From Tubulanus polymorphus (lineage: Eukaryota; Animalia; Nemertea): a stretch of 64,000 nucleotides of DNA. The notes beneath the pieces were generated by a model that ran no database searches, had not been told where the DNA came from, and was given only the letters and a program-made list of their open reading frames with translations. Position 1 is the stretch's first letter. Each line of letters starts with the position of its first letter. This document shows positions 55,916-64,000 of this stretch, one piece after another. The stretch lies in assembly GCF_964204645.1 (NCBI RefSeq), contig NC_134026.1, positions 3,185,950 through 3,249,949 on the forward strand. The letters run 5' to 3'. The position numbers and the translations under genes are program-made.

Positions 55916-58599
55916 TCACCACTTCGTCGGTACAGTTCTCAGGTAGTTAGAATATCTAGGACTCAATTCAGCTAGGCCATTCATAACTTCTTTCACATCG
56001 TCTGAACTGATGCCGGACGACGAGAAATCAGGAACACCAGACGCGTCATAATCGTCTGCAGTGAGAATCGGTGAATTCGTTTCAGTAAGAGCTGTAAAAT
56101 AACGACGAGAAAATTATCAATTTCATTTTTAGCGCATATAGACCGTAGTTAGTAGCTGGAAGTTAAAATTACAAGTAAGATTTTATTCTGAAGAAGCCAT
56201 GAAAATGAATGAAGAAATTAGAATTAATTATCATATCAAGGTATAGAACGTTACTCAAATAAACTAGAAATTAGAAGTTAGATGCAGTTTTCTACCTTTT
56301 CATACCTTCGCTGGTACTGGATGTTCGCAATCTACAGGACACTATCGAGACCGCTGGTGAAATCGACCGACTATGATCTTTGTTGTGGTCGACTGTTCGG
56401 AAGTTTTTCACCGCTGAATGATATCTCGGTTTCTGGATGCTACTCGTCGAAGCTACACTCGCAGTCTCCCAGTTACTGTTGTTACCGCTGTATTTAGATG
56501 TTCCATTTGAAATTGATTTCAATTTACTGAGACGTTGCAGATCTTCGTCTTGCATGCGAATGATCGCCTTGGCCGAGTCCAACTCCGACCTGAGTCTGGC
56601 GCACAGGTCGAGGGCAGCTCTAGTAATATACGAAGCCGGTACAAGTTCGCTCTCGTGAGCCTTGGTTAACATGTTTTCGCTCAAGCGACAGAAGTCTATG
56701 ACCGCCAACATTTCTTTCCTCGTATCATCCTCAATGTCAACTTCTGAAACGATTGATTAAACCTTTTCAATTAATCTAAATGGTTCGGGATATATTCGCC
56801 CATTGTAATTCGGGATTTGCAAAATGTTGATGCATTAGATTTTGACAATTCATTCGAGCAATTAAACACGATCGATGGCTGCTTTTCATATTCTGTGAAA
56901 TCTGTTTTGATTCATTTTAACACTTAACAAAAAACGTAAATTGTTCTCTTGTATTTAACATGTTTGTACAGGTTTTTTTTGTTTATTTAGATGATTAACA
57001 TACAAATCACTCGTTTCATACATTCCCAGCTGGAGAGCCACGTTTCGATTGTGGGTGGGGGGCAAAAAGATGATTGCTTTTTCTCGCATCAGGGAGGTGC
57101 ACCCTCCGCAGAGACCATGAACTCGAGTCGTCGTGCTCAACCCGGGCATGGCGTTTATGCTATCTTGCGCTGTCTTAAGCCGTACGTCAGTTCAACAATG
57201 CGGGCTGTCCGGGCATGTCTCACATTTCGTTATACCTCGAACACAACTCATGTGCGACATGAATTATACTATATGATTAGGTAGATTTTTTATGGAAAAT
57301 TCGAAAACAAATCTTGTGCATGCCTGACCACGGAAACAAAATTAAATAAGCCGTTAAACACTCACCATATTTGAATAGCTCCTGCAACACTTCGAATAAT
57401 AAATCGTGATTTTGTCTACAATCGACAGGCATCGATTTAGCAAGAGTGATAAACGCTTCTGGTTTCAACTCTTTAGATTTCGCCAAATCTAACAGATAAG
57501 TGTCTATTACACGGGATACGACATCGGGGACGCATTTCTCGCTTTTACAAGCCATTTCTGTTATTTCGCTAATCAGGCGGCACGAAAGTTTCTCCATTTC
57601 AATACTGGTAAATCTATGCAGAATATCGCTGGCCAGCTTCACCAGTCGATCGCGACATTTACACCCGACTTTGTCTGCCATGATAAGAGCTAGAACTGCC
57701 CACGTGGTCGACACCGCATCTTCCATCGGCGTATCTTCCGGAATCACCAGCAGAAGTTCGTCCATGATATTACAGATTTGTTTTTCATCGGGTTTATTTT
57801 CGACATCGTTGACAACGATATTTGGCGCCTCCGCCTGTTTATCATGTTCTTCGGGTGATTTCGTCGTTTGTGGATTATTGCGCAGTTGCTCGTCAGATTT
57901 TCTCGGCTCACAGTCGGAATTGAAATATTGACCGATATACTTTTGCGCGGCAACGGCCAGTGTTTTTGGCCAGACGACTCTGTCCCGCCCTGTAATCACT
58001 AGTCTTTTAAACAGATCTAAAGGAAGCTGTTGCACCTTGTCCATATTCCCCTCTTCGTTTTCTTTCAAATCATTATTCAATTTCTTACGAGGATTCGAAA
58101 ACTGCGTCGGCGGTTTTAACCAGATATGTATGATTGCTTCAATACATCGCGGGGTGATTGTAGCTTTTTCTGCCATATCTTTCAATTTGCAACATTGCAA
58201 TAGAATATCAACGATCAAACCGGTGGAACGACTGAATTTAGCTGACGTAAGAACATCGTGCAAATATCTATCCGCAACGTCTGCCAAATTGCCTTTTCCG
58301 GTCATCATCAGGAACTCCGCCGCGCATCTCAAATGAACTACATTATCTGAAGTAATATCGACTTTTATTCCGTAGCAAAAATCGGCTACAGTGGCAAACG
58401 TTTGCTGCCCGCCCGGAAAACCTGTCAACTCGACCACGTCGCGTTCGGCACCCGATCCATCTCGAGCCAAAGTTTTGAAAAAGTCCGATTTTATGTAAAG
58501 CGGAAACTTGTGCAAATTGTATTCCTGGCCATCTACGACGACAACAATATCAGACAATTCCCCGTTTTCTCGAAACTGTGAAAAATCCATCTTGTTCAT
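55916..58599 (-). CDS. BTB/POZ + NPH3-like domain + coiled-coil protein (NPH3/RPT2-like), ~615 aa, 3 coding exons
   Basis: Exons 58599-57366, 56743-56306 and 56091-55916 total 1848 nt in frame with GT-AG introns. BTB: SDIVVVVDG..LHKFPL..FPGG..F..VADFCYG..IT..NVVHLRCAAEFLMMT..GNL. NPH3-like C-part: VSRVIDTYL..LK...F..LA..MP..CR..HD.L / IDFCRLS..AH...LVP. Confidence 0.85.
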
Positions 58600-60487
58600 C
58601 TGTGTATATATAAGCTGTGCTCACTTCTGTACGGATTTAATCATCTGCGAAGTCTGCATGGTGTCTATTGCAGTAGAAGATTATCTGAAATAATGTTTGA
58701 ATTTCTATTTACGAATGCATATAGACTTAAAACTGAACTGCGCGTACGACTGAACAAATATATATGTGTACACATTTATGTAAATTGGTGGCCTACGCCA
58801 ACTAACCGAACACCTAAGTGACAATAATATATTAATGGATGATTCACGTACTCGAAATCCTACGAAAAAAAACATGTTTTATCTCGCCTAATTGTACAAT
58901 AAAAGCTCCGTAAATTCACTTTTGTCAGTGGTTCACGAGTTAGTACGTTTTTTTTTTCATTCATGAAAAGTTTATTTTCGAATTGAATGGTAACAAAGCA
59001 CTAATAGAAATCAAATTCGCTCGATTGAACTGATGCGCTGCAAAATAAAGAATTTTCTTAAATGAAAATTACACCATGATTACTAAAAGCCCCAGATAAA
59101 AGTTACAAGTATTGAGCAAAAATATCCCACTATCGCTCCACAACCCCCAAAATAAGACAAAATGAAGATTAAGTTTTAAAACGTCATTAAAAGTAGAATT
59201 CTTAAGTAATTAGCGACGATATTTTCTGCTCCCGTTACCTTGTGAATTATTGTCTGTGGAATTTATCCTATCACTCCATATACAAGCGCGTTAGAAATGA
59301 TACATCGACCGCAGTAGCGAGAGCAACGCGGGACCGGAGTCTCTCAACATCGTGTCAGATTATAAAACCCTATTAATAAAAAAGCTGCCTGTTTCATGGA
59401 GATAAAATGTAACGCTCGCCTGCCCCGCAGTGCTTAATTAAATTACGTCTCTATGACAGCGATAGATAAACGTCATTCGATTCAGTCAAATCGTAAAACA
59501 ATTTCATACACATAAAATGGCCAAACCACGATTTAATTTCATCTGCTGTTAACAAAGAAATTCTACTTCCAGGACAGAGGAACCCAAAAGGGCACTGCTA
59601 TTGGATATAACAATTGCAATTAAGGGTGCTTCTTCCAGAATTTCCCGCTGCCCCCCCCCCATGCGCTATATATGTACGTACGCCCTACACTTACTCGCGT
59701 ACTCGACAAAACCGTGTGAGTGTGTCCCATGATTTTCATGTCATTGTAACATGTACTAGCCTACCGTACCGCATTTAATAAAATTTGAAAAAAGTGTTGT
59801 TCTCTCTATTGCAAAATATGTTCAGTATTTTGGTTCGTTTCTTTCGGTTACGGGGCAGTGTACCGGTATTTTATTTCTGCAGCTAATTTACCGTAAATAA
59901 TATCGTTTTAAATGGTCAGCCATATGTGCAAATAAATATATCAAAAGATTATTAATTGTGTTAATATCAGACCTATGAATATTGAGGATTCCCCAACCGT
60001 TAACTTCTAATTGAACTCATTTAAGTTAATATAGATATGTATATAAAACTAGACAAAAGAAAGAACTAATTAGTACTGAAAAACCGGCATCGTTAAAAGG
60101 GGGATGAGATTGGCACTTATTTCGTTTAGAATTAATTGCCTTAATTGAGTAAGTATCTATTCTCGAATCATTTCAGACGTCGCGTTAAAACAACACTTAC
60201 TCGTACTCAGAAACGTAGCTTTTTGTCTTATTGAGAAAATGCCATGGAAAACTCCTTCCGGGGACATGCGAACTACGGTATGAGATACTCTGAAACATGA
60301 AATACCAATTTGCTTTCAAAATGTTTATTCAAAGAAAATTAAATTTTCCTCGAATGATAGCAAGCTAAAAGCAGTTTTCGGTAAACAACTCTTTGTTTTT
60401 ATCTTTTACTGAATTATTTTTTGCGTTTAATCGGGATTCGAACTCAATCTCATTAGTCGGAGGGAATGCTGGGTAGAAAACTTTCGA

Positions 60488-60535
60488 CCAATCGGATGGC
60501 ACGGTTTGCGTACGCCATTTAAACCTGTTTTTGAA
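60488..60535 (+). promoter_or_regulatory. Candidate PRC1 cell-cycle promoter: CCAAT plus CHR-like TTTAAA/TTTGAA
   Basis: CCAAT at 60488-60492, TTTAAA at 60518-60523 and TTTGAA at 60530-60535, ~90-130 bp before the ATG. This is a motif match only. Confidence 0.3.
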
Positions 60536-60619
60536 GACGGAGCTCGCGTAGAATTTCATGAAATTATGTGATAATAATTGCTTTTTCAAGACACTAGAAT
60601 AGAACCGGAAGACTTCAAG

Positions 60620-63600
60620 ATGCCGAAGAACAGGTAAAGAACGTTGTTAACTGAAAGAATGGTTAATTAACCTTTTTTAAAATCGTTTTGCCTTGAAGTA
60701 GTGACGTGCTGGGTTGTTGTTTGAGTGGGAGGAAATTCGAAAAATATTATTTTGACATCGCCAGCCCCCCACCCCAAAACGATCGCATCGAATCATGAAG
60801 TTTATAAAGCTCTTTTTATGTAATGACACCACAGAACTTCTTTTGATCGATTCTCTAGGATTGAAACTTTCTCGGCCTCTTCTTTGTTTAAAATTAAGAT
60901 GTGAAGTTTAGACCCCACCCCGGCCCATTCGATTACAAAAATCTTTTGCCGCTTCATGGATTTAATACTGTTTAATCTTTCTATATGATGATAGTCAAAA
61001 ACGTTTGTTTTCACAATTTAAAAGTTCCACAAATATATGCCATACCTACATCTGGATGGATGGATGCCAAACTGTCAAATTAACTGTTAAATCACAGAAG
61101 TCAATTCCTCCTTCCTGTTTCTTGCAATGCATCCACACAGATTTTGAAACGCAATAGTGGCTATTTTTATAAATGATAACCTCGTTGACTTGGAAATAAT
61201 AATTTATATTTTTGATAATTTCAAGTGTTATATCCCAAAAATTGGTTAGGCATATTATAGGCAATAAGAAATGGACTTGACTTTTTAATGCCATACTGTT
61301 CCATAGGAGAGGAGTCCTGTAGTCAGTTGGTAGGCATACTTCACACAAACACTATTCGGTTCTTAACTACTGTGTATTTTTTCCAATTTTGCAGCAAAAA
61401 TGATTCAATGAAGAAAGAATTGACTTCAAATTTAGAGTCGGCGCTGAATGAGCTACAATGTATTTGGGACAGTATCGGATTTTCTCAGCAGCAGAGACAG
61501 GAGCGTACGAGTGTAGTATTCGAACACCTGTGTAATCTGCTACAGCAGATGGTCGCCGAAGAAGGCGAGCTGAAAGATAAACTCGTCAAGAAAGTCAAAA
61601 ACTACGAAGCATCGTTAATCAGTCTCGGACAAGATTTATCCGTACCGAAATATGAGGTAAATAGAATTCATTGACAGCTCATCCTGGGCCCAGTTTCACA
61701 AAAAAGTTAACCTCAAATTTTGGTGTAATTGCTATTGCTTACTATTGTTTTTAATGAGAACAACTATTCAAACTCAACCGTTTTTGGCTTACACATTTTC
61801 GTGAAACTGGACCCTGTAGGCCTGATTGGTTTTCTAGTTTTAAAAACCTGATGATGGTTTGTCCCTGAAATTTTGTGAAGTTACGCTTGAAACTAGGTTT
61901 AAACTGTGTTTTCAAATTGTGATATTTTCACACTATTAATGATAGCTGAATCAGTAAAGTAATGGTTTCTTTCATTGTCAGTTTCGATACCCTTTTCTTC
62001 GCAGCCTCGGAAAGACGTTACGTTATTACAACTGGAAAAAGATTTACGCAGTAAAGTCGAAGAGCTGACGAAAATCAAGAACGATCGTTTGAAAACGCTG
62101 AACGTGTTACAGACTGCCGAACAGAAACTATGTGACGTGCTGTGTGCCACTCCGTATTATATACCATCCGGTTCCGTTCCAACTCCGACCCAACTTGATG
62201 AGTTGCAGCAGCATACTGCTATGCTTAAAGCTGAAAAGGTATCGAATCATGCGCCAATACTGTGTAACAGTCAGCGGCGGGCGCAGAAAAACCCTGTTAG
62301 CCTAACCGTGGTTAGTGGCTTATCCGTGGTTAGGCTAACCAGATTGAAATAAGAGGCCGCACGAAGAATTTGTCAGCTAACAGCGTTTTCCTGCGCCCAT
62401 TTATACCTAATCACAGTGTACTAACCATGGTTAGCACTGACAGGTTTTTGTGCGCCCACCCCCAGTTTTGTCCACTCATCCTATTCATTGGTTCCTTGAA
62501 AATCTGATTTTGAGAATTGACTCGAAACGAAAATGACCGGTGAAAATAGGTTTCAAAGCCTTAACTGTTGACATGAAGATACCTGGCCGATGTTTTAAAT
62601 GGTAAAAGTAAATTTGTATTTTTCAGGAAAAACGTGTGGTCGTCTTCCGCGAGACTAAGCAGAAAATCGTCGCCCTTCTCGAAGAGCTGGAAGAGTGTCC
62701 AAATACGTCTTTCGAACGAGACATGTTGTGTGAGGAAGATGAATGTTTTCAGTTGTCGCCTGATAACATGAAAGCCATTCAGAATTTACACAAAGAGGTA
62801 CCTACAATATTGCAACCAGCATTGAAATGAAAGTTTGAAAAGATAGTTAATGATTTTTCAAGTAAATTTTAGAAAAACTTCGAGCCACGGTTTTTGATAT
62901 TTTTAAATTTTTAACTCATTTCCAGTTGGAACAAAAGCAGAAGGATAATTTCTCATTGGCCGCGGAGCTGCGCGATCGGTTAAATGTGTTGTGGATTCGA
63001 TTGGAAACTGCCGAGGAAGAAAGGGCACAATTCAGTTCGATGCATACTGGATTTAAACCTGCTGTTATACAGTCTGTACGTAAACGTGATCCCCTAATAT
63101 TCTCGTCGACACGCTCTATAATCATTCGAGTGAAATATGATTAATGATTTTGTTTTCGTGGTTTTTTTAACCAGCTTAGAGAAGAGATCGCCAGATGTGA
63201 ACTACTGAAGTTCGAAAACATGAAAAAGTTTGTCGACGGCGCGAGGAAAGAGTTGGTCGAATGGTGGGATAAATGTTTCTACAGTCCACAACAAAGGGAT
63301 GAATTCAGACCGTTTACTTGCAGTGAGTCAGATTGAAATCCGATTAGATATCATTCGGAGATTAATGCTTCAATTGTAATAAAAGAAAATGATTTTCTAC
63401 TCTAGCTGAATATACCGAGGACCTTCTTGATTTGCATGAGAGCGAGTTGCGAAAGTTGAAAGCCTACTACGATACTTACAAGACTCTGCTGGATCGGTTG
63501 AATAAGAGACAAGTTCTGTGGCTGGAATATCTCGAAATCGACGTACGTTGTTGAGTTATAGTCGACGATGTTTGTCGTTTTATTTGATTTTGATTGTTTT

Positions 63601-63736
63601 CACACTGTGGACACTGTGAATATGTTTATTTATTTTCTAGAGGAGGCAGAGCGATCCGAATCGTTTTACAAATCGCGGAGGTAATTTACTCGCCGAAGAG
63701 AAGAAGCGTAAGAAGATGCTTAAAGATTTACCAAGG
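60620..63736 (+). CDS. PRC1: Protein regulator of cytokinesis 1 (MAP65/Ase1 family), 3'-partial
   Basis: Tiny first exon MPKNS (60620-60633), then ALNELQCIWDSIG...QMVAEE, TLLQLEKDLR, TSFERD, LWIRLE, ELVEWWDKCFYS and DPNRFTNRGGNLLAEEK. The gene continues past the window. Confidence 0.93.
61687..61813. mobile_element. Second copy of the GGCCCAGTTTCAC MITE (PRC1 intron)
   Basis: Colinear similarity to 13045-13173. Confidence 0.8.
62276..62461. mobile_element. MITE/foldback with ~40-bp TIRs and internal CTAACC-TGGTTAG palindromes
   Basis: gggcgcagaaaaaccctgttagcctaaccgtggttagt ... actaaccatggttagcactgacaggtttttgtgcgccc. Confidence 0.7.
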
Positions 63737-63800
63737 GTATGATCATTTTAAATCTTAAGTCGACATCACACAATTGTTTTTAGCCGATTAGGCCCGGGCC

Positions 63801-64000
63801 CACCATTCACACTGGTGTCAAATCGACTTGTACCTGTTTGGAACCAGTGCCAAATTTGGCGCGACCAAAAATGTGGAACCAGGCCAGTACCAAATTTTAG
63901 CACAGGTCAAATTATTGCGTGTGAATTGCAACTGTTTCTGGAAATGACTCACTTTGCTTTGTTTTTTTTAAATAGTATTGTCTAGTATCAAGTGAATGGT
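63801..64000. repeat. Inverted copy of the 17068-17245 dispersed repeat (runs off the window)
   Basis: Reverse-complement similarity. Confidence 0.8.

Overview
Eukaryotic (compact, intron-rich invertebrate animal) genomic DNA. No prokaryotic features, CRISPR arrays or rRNA were seen. From left to right: (1) the 3' ~5.7 kb of an apparently intact DIRS1-type tyrosine-recombinase retrotransposon (gag; RT-RNaseH-methyltransferase; overlapping YR ORF; ICR and right terminal repeat); (2) a complete 23-exon SERCA (ATP2A) gene on +, with an AT-AC minor-spliceosome intron, a duplicated 134-nt exon pair (likely mutually exclusive) and two candidate C-termini; (3) epsilon-tubulin TUBE1 on -; (4) an intronless GT32 DxD glycosyltransferase on -; (5) DNA polymerase nu (POLN) on +, carrying a 5'-truncated CR1/L2-like LINE and a 417-bp (AT)n tract in introns; (6) a BTB + NPH3-like-domain protein on -, resembling the normally plant-associated NPH3/RPT2 (NRL) family; (7) the 5' part of PRC1 on +. 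Several MITE and foldback repeats lie in introns. Exon boundaries were derived by hand from splice signals and recalled protein similarity, and no database searches were run. The best leads are the animal NRL-like gene and the combinatorial splicing of SERCA.
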